A stretch of 64,000 bases of DNA, from positions 2,232,001 through 2,296,000 of the forward strand of contig JAUFOQ010000002.1 of NCBI GenBank assembly GCA_040285855.1, read 5' to 3'. Below, in pieces: positions 14,844 to 24,807 of the stretch. Position numbers and translations under genes: made by a program. Origin of the DNA: Eukaryota sp. GEM-RC1 (lineage: Eukaryota). The notes beneath the pieces are model-generated. The model saw nothing but the letters and a program-made list of their open reading frames with translations. It was not told where the DNA came from and did no database searches. Positions within the stretch are counted from its first letter, which is position 1; each line of letters opens with the position of its first letter.

Positions 14844-15450
14844 CTATGATCTTTCACCAAACAACTTACCTAAAATTGAATTAAAATATCTGTGCATTGA
14901 ACGAAACAACGCAAACGTTAACCTACTCAAACAGAAATGTTCATTGAAAACTTTACCGTACTCAGAACACAATTTACCAAAGGAAGTTTAGAAACTCTGT
15001 GCAGCTGGTCCAACATTACCGTATTTCGACATTGCAAATTGAAACACAAAAGAATTGCCTGTCCACGTTCACTTGGTTAATTAAGTGGCAGAACTTTGTA
15101 TTTTTACCTTTTCAGCCACTTCAAGAGCACAAAAATCATCATCAAAATTTTTGGAAATAGATCTTGAATTACAAGGATCAACAAATGTGAAATCCATGAA
15201 AATTTCCTGTCAAGATAATCAAGGACCAATCAAATCACCACGACTTCTATCAACTTTTGGCTGATCGGAAAGATTAGCAAGTAAAGGTTCATTTTTCCAT
15301 GAAAACCATTAGCTTTAAACATATCCAAACAGGTATCCCGGATACTGTTGTGAATAATTGATCTAAAATGAATAAATTGATGACAGTTAACTAAATGATG
15401 AAAATTTGAAGCCTTTGAACGACCACAAGGCCATGGAGAATGCTTCAAGA
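14844..15450 (-). mobile_element. Decayed REL non-LTR retrotransposon 3' fragment, family B
   Basis: CGRS..HHLVNC..IHNSIRDTCLDMFKANGFHGK, followed by frameshifted RGDLIGP and DFTFVDP motifs. Same family as 19726-20325. Confidence 0.75.
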
Positions 15451-16070
15451 AATGCTTCTTTCTTTTCTTGTAATAATACCTTTGAGAGATCATATGTTCC
15501 TGAAACTTTGGGAATACTTCGGCTACTGTTAAATTCATTGTTGTAAATGAATTTGTTTCTCTGTAAACATTATACGACATGTACTAGTATACAGTATGTA
15601 TCCAACAAAATGAGTACTAATATTTTGGCACTCATGTTGTCAGCCATTTTACATTCAGTTTGGATCTAAAAACAATTGTCCAACAACCTTAGGTGGTGTA
15701 ATCATGAGGGAAAGGGTAGAATAGTGAATATGATACACATGTCAGATTTGTTGTTGAAATGTTTCAAGTCTGTACTAACAGTTGTACTGTGTAATACCTA
15801 ACACCAAATCAATTGCGATAATAGGTATAATCTGCAAGACACTTTTCTGAAGTATAAAGGTGATGTAGCACCGTTTTTGATATTACTACGTTAAGTTTTG
15901 AAAAATTGTGATGCAATTCTGAAAGTCATCAGATCAATTTTGCTCTCTCAAAGTTCAGAAGATGGATCGTTTGATGACTAAAGTAGTTGTTTTGAAAAGA
16001 GAATACTGTACATTGTTGAACATGAATCGAAACAAATTCAATGAAAAATTGCCAAATTCACTGCCTCTCA

Positions 16071-17324
16071 ATGAGTAACCAACAACTGGAGTCAACATTA
16101 CAAAGGTTGCAGCATATTGACACAGACTTGGAGAACATCGAGGTGGATACCAATGATGTTGTCTTCTCCAAATCTTCCAAGGATCTTCATTCACCCGATC
16201 TATCCATCAATGACTTAGTACTTGCTCAAAACACTTTCATAGAAAAGGCTTCAAAGGCTCTATCACCATACAATTCTACATACTTACCCGCTCCCACAGC
16301 ATCTTCAACACCTGGACAACCAACGTCAACACAGGCTAAACCACATGTTTTTCAAGATACCTGGTCCGTGGACCATGAGTTCCAATCATTCATTAAATCA
16401 CATGAACTTTCGGATGAATCCGATCAGGACGACGACCTTCTAAATGATGTTCAACGACGTTTAGCTCTGTTTAATTCTGAAGACTTCAAAGTCCATCGTC
16501 TCACCAAGAGGCAAAGGTTCCGTGTTGCAATCATATCAGTCATTTTTGCCAACTCTCTCCAACGTTATGCTCGAAGTTCTCGAAGGTTACTACTATCAGA
16601 AATGACCCACTTGTTTCATTCATTCTCAGATCGGTCTATTCTATGTTACAACAAAATTCTTTTGTATCCACTGCAGGCTACAATAGAGCTTAATCAACGT
16701 CTCATACCCTCTCTTTCAAAGTTGTTGTTTTTCTTAAAGGAGAAGTCTAATAGGAAAAATGTTTCCAAGATCCAAACTCGTATGGTAGCACTTACATCAT
16801 GTCTCAGCGAATCAGGCGAGAAGTTTGTAGAACGAGAAAAAGGAGTTATCAAGTTTCTCCAACGTCTCTGTAGTCATCGAAAGTTCCTGCCATGTGACGT
16901 CATCAAAGCTCCATACAGTTCTGCTCTCGGTATTGGAGACCGATTGCGTCTAGATGAAACAGTTTCTGAGCGGGATCTCATTATAGTGTGTTTCTACTTT
17001 GTCTACTCTTCCCTTCTAAAATTGCTGATAGATCCCATGGAGAACAGTACAACATCAGACCAGGAAGTTGTTAGCCCCTTTGCTAAAGAAAACTGTGTGG
17101 TAATGGCTTCTTTTGTGGATTATATCTTTCGTTTCTGTGGAGCTGAACTACTGCAGGCGAATGAACTTCCTCCGTCGATATATGCTGACCAGGGCTTAGA
17201 AGACCAGGTACTTGTGAATTATCTCCGATTTATGAACCCAACAATATTCGGAAAATGTGTAGATAACGTAAAGGTTTTTATACTGTCCATATCACGGGCA
17301 GTACATAATCTGAAATGTACATAG
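16071..17324 (+). CDS. Hypothetical protein
   Basis: Long uninterrupted ORF (~420 aa) with host-like composition. No motif recognised. Confidence 0.75.
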   Translation: MSNQQLESTLQRLQHIDTDLENIEVDTNDVVFSKSSKDLHSPDLSINDLVLAQNTFIEKASKALSPYNSTYLPAPTASSTPGQPTSTQAKPHVFQDTWSVDHEFQSFIKSHELSDESDQDDDLLNDVQRRLALFNSEDFKVHRLTKRQRFRVAIISVIFANSLQRYARSSRRLLLSEMTHLFHSFSDRSILCYNKILLYPLQATIELNQRLIPSLSKLLFFLKEKSNRKNVSKIQTRMVALTSCLSESGEKFVEREKGVIKFLQRLCSHRKFLPCDVIKAPYSSALGIGDRLRLDETVSERDLIIVCFYFVYSSLLKLLIDPMENSTTSDQEVVSPFAKENCVVMASFVDYIFRFCGAELLQANELPPSIYADQGLEDQVLVNYLRFMNPTIFGKCVDNVKVFILSISRAVHNLKCT

Positions 17325-17465
17325 TCTGTGTTTTGCATTGTATATTAATATTAAAGAGATATAATCAGAAATGGTGTTGACAATAGTAGGAGCTATGAGA
17401 GATATCAGATGAGTATTGTGAAGGGTCTAGTATAGAGAAGGTGCTTAAGGATGGATGATGACAGA

Positions 17466-17758
17466 TCAAGGTTTGACGAGCTTCTCTGCACGGTTTCTCA
17501 GGTCAAGCTTTTTTTGTTTGCGTTTAGTCATTCTTTCAGCTGCAATGTCTTTCTTGGCTTTGAGATGATGTTCTCGATCAGCTTCGGCTTTGAGCTTTAA
17601 AGCTTCATCTGTTTGAACTTGAGAAGCAACTTTGTTGGCGATTTCCAACATAAGTTTGGTGGTATTTAAGGAAGCTTCTGAAGGTTTCTTTGACTTTTTA
17701 TGTGTAGAAGAACATTGAGATAGTTTGCTGGATTTCTTTTGTTTTTGGAATGCACCAT
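17466..17758 (-). CDS. Small basic Lys-rich protein (possibly nucleolar); one homopolymer frameshift near the 5' end
   Basis: ORF 17466-17651 extends upstream (KQKKSSKLSQCSSTHKKSKKP) to an ATG near 17758 if one A is restored. Confidence 0.5.
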
Positions 17759-17842
17759 TGAAGGACTAAAAACAATTTGCAGAAATACAATCTTCAAGAC
17801 AAGAATGTTGAATTTTCTAAGAAAAATCCGTAGCCTAAGAAA

Positions 17843-18311
17843 TAGAGCTCAGGTTGATGAAATCAAGCATCAGATTTCATGGAAAGTCACTTGTGAGAAT
17901 ATGCAAAGACGTATTGAAGTTTCAACCACACATGGTTTTCAAGGTAAGGAATCTGATGTGGTCTATATCAGTACTGTACGTACTTGGCAGAACAATAAAG
18001 AACAAGATTTGCAAAGTTTGGGTTTCTTAACAGACTATCGTCGACTGAATGTTATGTTGACAAGATCCAGGTATGCAAATATTATTTATGGAGATCTAAA
18101 CCTTCTCAAAACCAATGAAATGTGGGAGGTCTTGGTCGGATATTACTCTAATACTTCAGACAACTGCGACACTTATTTTAATAAATCAAAACTTGCAATG
18201 TTGACAGCACAAGCTGCAAGGTTATGTGCTTTTAACGATGACGAGCTCCTAGAAAGCCAATTGGAGCTGTCAGAAAAACATGACGACGACACAATGGATG
18301 ATGTCAATTAG
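17843..18311 (+). pseudogene. UPF1/DNA2/Sen1-like SF1 helicase C-terminal fragment (5' deleted)
   Basis: IEVSTTHGFQGKESD, GFLTDYRRLNVMLTRSR. Near-identical to 41123-41590. Confidence 0.85.
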
Positions 18312-18638
18312 ATTGCTTCATGGATTTAGGTAAGTTTTCCACAGTGATGTGGAATCATTTATACACATAGTTTTGTACTTATAGAATAAATATTGTTTTC
18401 TTTTTTCCAATTTCACATCATATACCATATACTGTTAGTTACAATTAGTGCGACATCAACTGTTGTTGTATCAGTGACATATTCTCAAACTTGTCAAGAT
18501 GTCAACATGTCAATGTAGACATTAACCACAAATAGTTCAAACAGAAATTTAAGATCATTCGCTTAGTGAGATGTCTATCGACTTCGTGTTGGTTAGATAT
18601 CTCACTGTGCTTCGTCTCCCCACTGTCAGGAGCCTTCT

Positions 18639-19700
18639 ATGGGTCTTTTGATCCTCAGATCACTCCTTTGCTTGGTTTGTTGCTTTATTTTTACTCAAGA
18701 CCGTCCGGTCTTCCAGAAGATTTTCATGGGTCCGTCGATCCTCAAATCTCTTCTGTTTTTGTTTTGTTTCTGTTATAGTACTCCATACTGTACTGGTTCT
18801 TGTTGTTCTTGCTGTATTACAAAAACCAAATTAAATCTCCAGTCATCACAATTTCTCCGTGATTTGACTATTGATGGAGACATAGAGTCAAACCCTGGCC
18901 CAGAAACTGCTTTTGTTGGTATTGATCTTCTTGGTGATGAAACATGGCTAGAATCTTCACATTTAAATTTTGGACATCACTTGATAGCACAAAAGTATCC
19001 TTTTGCTGCGGAGATTATAGGAGATTTCGACCCTATGGAGTTTGGCAGAGCTATACGAAATCAAGATAATTTGGCCGATGTTTCTGCAACCATTAAATCT
19101 AAAAATGTTGGTAAAGTGTTAGTAGTAATGCCTATTAATGATGCTATAACTGCATTATTTCTTGGAAGTCATTGGGGACTTGCTATTTACGATCTTGCTT
19201 TGAGTCGCTTGTATTTCGCAGATTCCCTTAATGGAAAAATGTTCTTAAATTCAACGAAAGAACATGTAGCACGTGCTAGCAATCTTTTCATCCTCACAAT
19301 CTAAGTGTACCACAACAAAACAATGACTATGATTGTGGGATTTTTGTTTTATATGTGATTGAAACTTTGTATAAAAGCTTCAATAACCAGCTTTTGAATC
19401 AAGTTGATTTGCAGCATAAACTTCCAATATTGGCGGAGAAAGTGCAATCACTGCAAGAATTGATCAATAACAACGACCCAGAAACTGAGCCAAAACAATT
19501 AGAAGACGCAAAGAATGACTATCAAAATGCCGTCAATCAGTTGATAGTTATTGATTTGAAGTATAAACTTCCAATATCGGCGGAGAAAGTGCAATCACTG
19601 CAAGAATTAATCAATAACAACGACCCAGAAACTCAGGTAAAGCATTTAGAAAAGGCACAGAATGACTATCAAAATGCCATCAATCAGTTTTACACAGAAT
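18639..19700 (+). CDS. Hydrophobic/Cys-rich leader + 2A peptide + Ulp1/C48 protease (variant a; frameshift ~19300)
   Basis: LRDLTIDGDIESNPGP (D-x-E-x-N-P-G-P at 18879-18902). PINDA..SHWGLAIYD, FADSL, then VPQQNNDYDCGIFVL in the next frame. Confidence 0.8.
19404..19689 (+). repeat. In-frame tandem duplication, period 147 nt (49 aa)
   Basis: DLQHKLPILAEKVQSLQELINNNDPETE... is repeated as DLKYKLPISAEKVQSLQELINNNDPETQ... Confidence 0.9.
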
Positions 19701-19725
19701 ACAATCGGTTGTTAGGTTTAAGTCA

Positions 19726-20325
19726 TTGTACCGCATTCACCACATGTCAATTCGATTTATCTTATCAAATCTTATCTTTAGTCTTCGAGATACATGTTTG
19801 GAAATGTTTAAGGCAAATGGTTTCCATGGCAAAGTCGAACCATTACTTTCTCATCTTTCAGATCACCCTGATTCTACTCAGAAACGTGGTGATTTTATTG
19901 GCCCTTGGTTGTCATGCCAAGAAATTGTTGTTGATTTTACGACCGTTGATCCTTGCAAAGCTTCAGCTATTGCCAACATTTTGAATCCCTCAAATGATCC
20001 GCTGAAAGACGCTGAGAACGCCAAAGTGTCTAAGTATGGACATCAAGTTGCTGCATTGAATTCACGAAGACACAATAATATCGTCTTTCAGCCTTTTGCA
20101 GTTTCATTGTACGGAAATTTCGGTTCTTCTACCAAGGAGTTTTTAAGTTTATTTGAAAATTTGTGTTCAGAACTTGGCAAGAAGTTTAACAGATCGTACT
20201 GGAAGAGTAAATTTGCTTTTTCGATTTTTAGGTCTATGTATAGATATGTTGATTCCATTTTGTCCAAGTTGTTTGGAGGCAACTACTTTTCGGAATTAGG
20301 TAGTTCGTTTGATAATTTGTTTTAA
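19726..20325 (+). CDS. REL endonuclease domain of family B non-LTR retrotransposon (no RT upstream)
   Basis: LRDTCLEMF..EPLL..RGDFIGPW..VVDFTTVDP..AENAKVSKY..FQPFAVSLYG. Confidence 0.8.
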   Translation: MYRIHHMSIRFILSNLIFSLRDTCLEMFKANGFHGKVEPLLSHLSDHPDSTQKRGDFIGPWLSCQEIVVDFTTVDPCKASAIANILNPSNDPLKDAENAKVSKYGHQVAALNSRRHNNIVFQPFAVSLYGNFGSSTKEFLSLFENLCSELGKKFNRSYWKSKFAFSIFRSMYRYVDSILSKLFGGNYFSELGSSFDNLF

Positions 20326-20355
20326 TAGTGTTTATCTATTTGTACTTAACTTATT

Positions 20356-21402
20356 ATGTGTTTTTCTCCGCACATAAATCCGTTTTTTTCTTATCAAACT
20401 TTTGATCCCACAGTATACAGGACTATGTTAAATAATGAAATAAGGAAATACCTAGGGTTACCTACTGATGTTCATTCAACCCAATCTCAACAACAAATGA
20501 ATATATCTGTTGGTACTTCTGAAATATCTCAACCTTCAACTCTTATGTCATCTCCTGATGAAATTCCAGATTCAAATCCCAATGCTCTGACACAAAGTGA
20601 ATTACAACAGGTTTCAGAAGCAATCCAATCTTTGTCTCCTGATGGATGGATTGTCGACGATTGTGTTAATTGGTACTCTCGACATTTGATGGAGATATAT
20701 GGAGTTGATTTAAACGCCTTTGTAACTCCTGGATCTGTTCAATCATTTTTAGTTCATGAAAATCAATCTCTTCACCAATTTTTCATCAACAAAATTATTC
20801 AGGCAAATTCTAGATATCTGTTTCTTCCTATAAATGACGCATTGATTAACGAAAGTTCTGGTTTACATTGGGGTTTGATTGTAATCGATACACATGATGA
20901 ACTTTTCATCTTTCTCGATCCTCTTTATGATGTTGAAGATCACAGACAAGATGTTGGTAAGAATTTACATGAAATTAATTCGTTTTTGAATCAAGTTATT
21001 TCGAAAGTAGATGAAACTCTTCATCAACTCAATTATCGACTCATTATTGTTCCAGTGATAGAGAAGCAAACACCAAATGATTGTGGAATTTATGTTCTTG
21101 AGTATATGAGAGGACTTTTAGAACTTCTCACTTCACATGAATTATCAGATCAACCTCTTATTCAAGCTGCTGGTATATTGTTGCAAAACTCTATCAATGC
21201 TCAAGAGAGTAGGCAAGTAATAAAATTGTATCTTCAATCTTTACAACCGACTATAGTTCCACCTACACTTCCTCAGCAACAACATAGTAGATCGGACACT
21301 GGAAAGAAAAAATCTCCCAAAACTAATCAACCTGCTGGAAAAGAAATAAATCTTGCGATTCTGAACCTTCTACACGTATGTCATCTCGTCGTAAAACTCT
21401 AG
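20356..21402 (+). CDS. Ulp1/C48 cysteine protease (variant b), probably N-terminal part of the exo-Fanzor polyprotein
   Basis: WIVDDCVNWY, LFLPIND..GLHWGLIVID, FLDPL, KQTPNDCGIYVL (H-D-C triad with oxyanion Q). Confidence 0.85.
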   Translation: MCFSPHINPFFSYQTFDPTVYRTMLNNEIRKYLGLPTDVHSTQSQQQMNISVGTSEISQPSTLMSSPDEIPDSNPNALTQSELQQVSEAIQSLSPDGWIVDDCVNWYSRHLMEIYGVDLNAFVTPGSVQSFLVHENQSLHQFFINKIIQANSRYLFLPINDALINESSGLHWGLIVIDTHDELFIFLDPLYDVEDHRQDVGKNLHEINSFLNQVISKVDETLHQLNYRLIIVPVIEKQTPNDCGIYVLEYMRGLLELLTSHELSDQPLIQAAGILLQNSINAQESRQVIKLYLQSLQPTIVPPTLPQQQHSRSDTGKKKSPKTNQPAGKEINLAILNLLHVCHLVVKL

Positions 21403-24400
21403 AAGTAACTAATAAAATTTCATCAAGTTATTCTTCTTCATCTGACACATCCGTCAAAAACTCAAAAGCACGACGACTAGAGCGAAAACCAAAAAAGTGT
21501 CATTCGTCAGAAATTCATCGTCCGCAAGAACAAGTTTCTAAACGTCAACAGAGACTGTATAACCAATCTAGTGGTTGTACAAAATTCCCGAAAACTGACG
21601 AAGAATGTCAAAGCTCGCAAGTAGTTGATGGTTCAACTGATTCTTTGAATGAATTTCCTGAAATTCCAGTTGTTAAAGGAAAAAAGGAAAAAGAATCAAG
21701 AATTCCATTTATTGACATTGCAACTGATACTGTTGTTGATGACAACCTTCCTACAGTTTTTATAATTGATATTGAAACAAGAAATATCAATGAGAGAATT
21801 CCTACACGAGTGAACAAAGAATTGAATGAACATCGTAGAACGGAAAAGAGTCTTTGAAACAGAGAAGATCTCTAATGAATGATTTTGAGAAAGAAGCTCA
21901 CGACCTTGATTTTCTCGCAGATCAACAAATCATCATGATCTCTGTCATTATTGCAAAATTGCAACCCAATGGTGAATTACAATTTGACAGCTCAATCGTT
22001 ATTTACACTGACTACAACTATAAAATCAAATTCAGTGAATCAGAAACACCAGCTTTTCAATTAGATCTTTTGGACTTCCCAAATGAAAATGAATTATTGG
22101 TTAAGTACGCTAATATTGTTAGTCAATATAAACCAATTGCTTTTATTGGACATAATATTTTCAATTTTGACTTGCCCATAATTGACAATAGAATGTGGGC
22201 TCTTGACCTTCCTCTTTTAACAAGTCCAAATCCAATTCAGTTACCTTTACACAGTAGATGGCTGGATATCATAAAAGATCACAATGGTTTTACAGTTTTG
22301 GATACCTTTTGTTTGCAAAGAAGTATATTGGTCTCAAGTATGGTTGTAGTCTAGCCAATTTATCTTGGAATTTACTTTCTGAACCTAAATTGAAATTGGA
22401 TAAAGACTTGGATCACTTACTCCCAGTTGATTGTTTAAGAAATGATAAAAGAATGAAAACTCTAATCAACTACTGTCTTCATGATTCAATTTCGGCGTTT
22501 AAATTGTTTATTTTATTTCAAAAAGACAAAATTGTTTTTCAATCATGGGCTTCTATTAAAACTTCAGTTGTTAGTGTGGTAAAACATCAAGAACTTCAAG
22601 TTGCCATGCTTTTAGGATCTCAGTTCTACAATGCTTTAAGACAACAGACTACAATGTGTGTTAAAGAATATTTGTTGGCTCGCTATCGTCTTGGACAAGA
22701 TTTGTCTCAGTTTGATTACAAGTTGTTTTATCATACAATGCTTTCAATTAGAAATCTTTCATCTGAAGTTCATGAATTCAAAATTCCAAATAATCATCCT
22801 ATATCAAGAATTGATATAGATCTTCGTGATTTTGTTGCTGGAGAAGGAATCTATACTGCCAATTCAAACTACCCCGGATATAAGCACTGTGTCACTGATA
22901 CATTTGGCACATATCATATACCAGAACTTGATTTTGATCACATCAGTAGAGCTTTTGAATACACCACTCAGTATGAAATGTGGCCTGCGTTTGAACTAAA
23001 TATCCGCCGCAATTATGAGTTGTACATTAAAAGATTTATCAATACAGTAATGGGTAAGAAGGAGTTTGAAAAGGGAATGAAGAAGAAACGTAATTTGGTT
23101 TTAGGTCCAGAACTTGCAGGACTAACAGGACGTGAAGCTCAAAAGTTCACTAGTTACTTCAGATTTCGCTTAAAGATATTGAAAGATCAGATTTTGTATC
23201 GACCTAGAGATGAAGCCTTACAGTATATTAATTCTTTTAATTCTGCCACTCACCCTGAAAACGTTAAGTTTATTGATGAAGTTTCTAAAGTTTTTGATGA
23301 TGATTTCAGTATGTTAATATTTGACCAGATTAATTCTCTCATGGCTGATAAAATTCCAGAATTACTTCAAAGATTTAACATCATATTTCCTACTTCAATC
23401 TCTACAAACGACAATGAAACTGTGGACGTCCTTAATTTACTTTACACAGTTCAGGAGTACCCACTTCATTTTCTTAGAAATTCTCTTCAAATCTCAGATT
23501 ACTTGGAATCAAAGGGTGCTAAGTTGTATAATGTAATTCCTCTAAGTTTAGAGAATACTCCCTGTTTTTTCCCAATAGATACTAGAACTCTTTGGGGACT
23601 GGCTAAGCACTGTTTTGGATATAAGAACAATAATAAGAAGACTGGTCCTTTACATTCAAAAGTGACTAATTACATGTCTGCTAATCAGATCACCAACATG
23701 ACCCATTCTCAACAACAAGATTACTGGAAAACATGGTTTAACTGTGAGGACAGAAGTTTTGAGAAAGCCAATTTTGAATTCAACAACTATGCTGTAACTG
23801 ATGGAATTTCGCTTTGTTTTCAATTTGTGAGAAAGGATCTGAAAGGAATGAAATGTAAACCTGATTGAAGTAAAGCTTCAGTAAAAGTACAATATTTCAA
23901 TGAATGTGATAGGTCTGATTTTATTTCTAAACAAATGGTTTATGTGGACATTGGAAAGAGAGATATGCTACAACTTGCATCTAAATCAAATAGGGAAACT
24001 CAAAATCCTCTAAAGAAATACAACTTCTTACGATTGACGTATGCTGAGTGGTCTAGAGTTTCAAGAAAGCATAAAAGAATCCACCAGTACCTTGTTAGAA
24101 GGAGATCAGGTACTAGTCCCTCAGGTCAGACGAAGACTATTGAGGAATGGAACACTTGGTTAGGTGAAGATCACAATTCCAAAACTGTTAATTACAATAA
24201 ATTTAGAAAGTTTATTCTGGCTAAATGTATTCACTACAATGCAACTAAAGACTTCTATGCTTTGCATATATGGAGGATTCACAAAATCCAAAATCATGTT
24301 CATAAGCAAAAGACAGAGTCTAAATTGGTTAACAGCATTGTAAAAACTTTTGGTAAGCGTGACAAAATCGTACTACATGTATTGGTGATTTAGGCCAGAA

Positions 24401-24807
24401 GCCAATCACCAACTTAAAACACAGTCCACCATCCAGAACTAAGACTTGGACTTCATTCTTTCAGAGAAATGGTTTTCTAACAGTGTTGAATGATGAGAGA
24501 AACACTTCGTCAAAGTGTCCAGAATGTCATGAAGATGTTTTTGAAACTTCCATTGAGGTTGTCAACCCAAAGCCCAAATCCAGAGAGAAAAGAGAATGGA
24601 TTCATCCACATGGCTTACTAGAGTGTAAGAGCAAACATTGTCTGGGAGAAGTCAAGAAACGATTGAAAGAAAAAAAGAAAAGGGCATACAGTGCCCAGTC
24701 AAATGTATTGGAATCGCAACAAGATGGCTTGTTTGAACATGATGAACATGTTCGAGCATTGGATGAGTGGTAGTTATGAGAGAGTGGAGTATTTGTGTAG
24801 AAATTAG
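21378..24807 (+). pseudogene. DEDDy 3'-5' exonuclease fused to Fanzor1 (copy 1; frameshifts plus TGA at 23866)
   Basis: ExoI IIDIET, ExoII GHNIFNFD, ExoIII YCLHD. Fanzor1 motifs PIDTRTL and YAVTDGISL, RuvC-I VYVDIGKRD, RuvC-II NDERNTSSKCPEC, HGLLECKSKHC. Shifted frame gives YWNRNKMACLNM...ERVEYLCRN*. Confidence 0.85.

Noticed and set aside
21376..21402. 27-nt GTATGT...TAG intron at the protease/linker overlap
   Set aside because: Splicing gives CAC AAG TAA, an immediate stop. The -1 frame reads naturally through the region in both copies.
21852..21858. CTT TGA as a prfB/antizyme-like +1 frameshift
   Set aside because: The downstream ORF is in the -1 frame; the +1 frame stops after eight codons.
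21854..22490. A family B DNA polymerase / Polinton-type element
   Set aside because: Only the exonuclease motifs are present. There are no polymerase motifs (DxxSLYPS, YGDTDS), integrase, packaging ATPase or capsid genes.
24691..24773. ORF-track C-terminus SAQSNVLESQQDG...LDEW as the real Fanzor end
   Set aside because: The alternative frame contains the WNRx..LN and YL(C/S)R family motifs and absorbs the inter-copy differences as synonymous changes.
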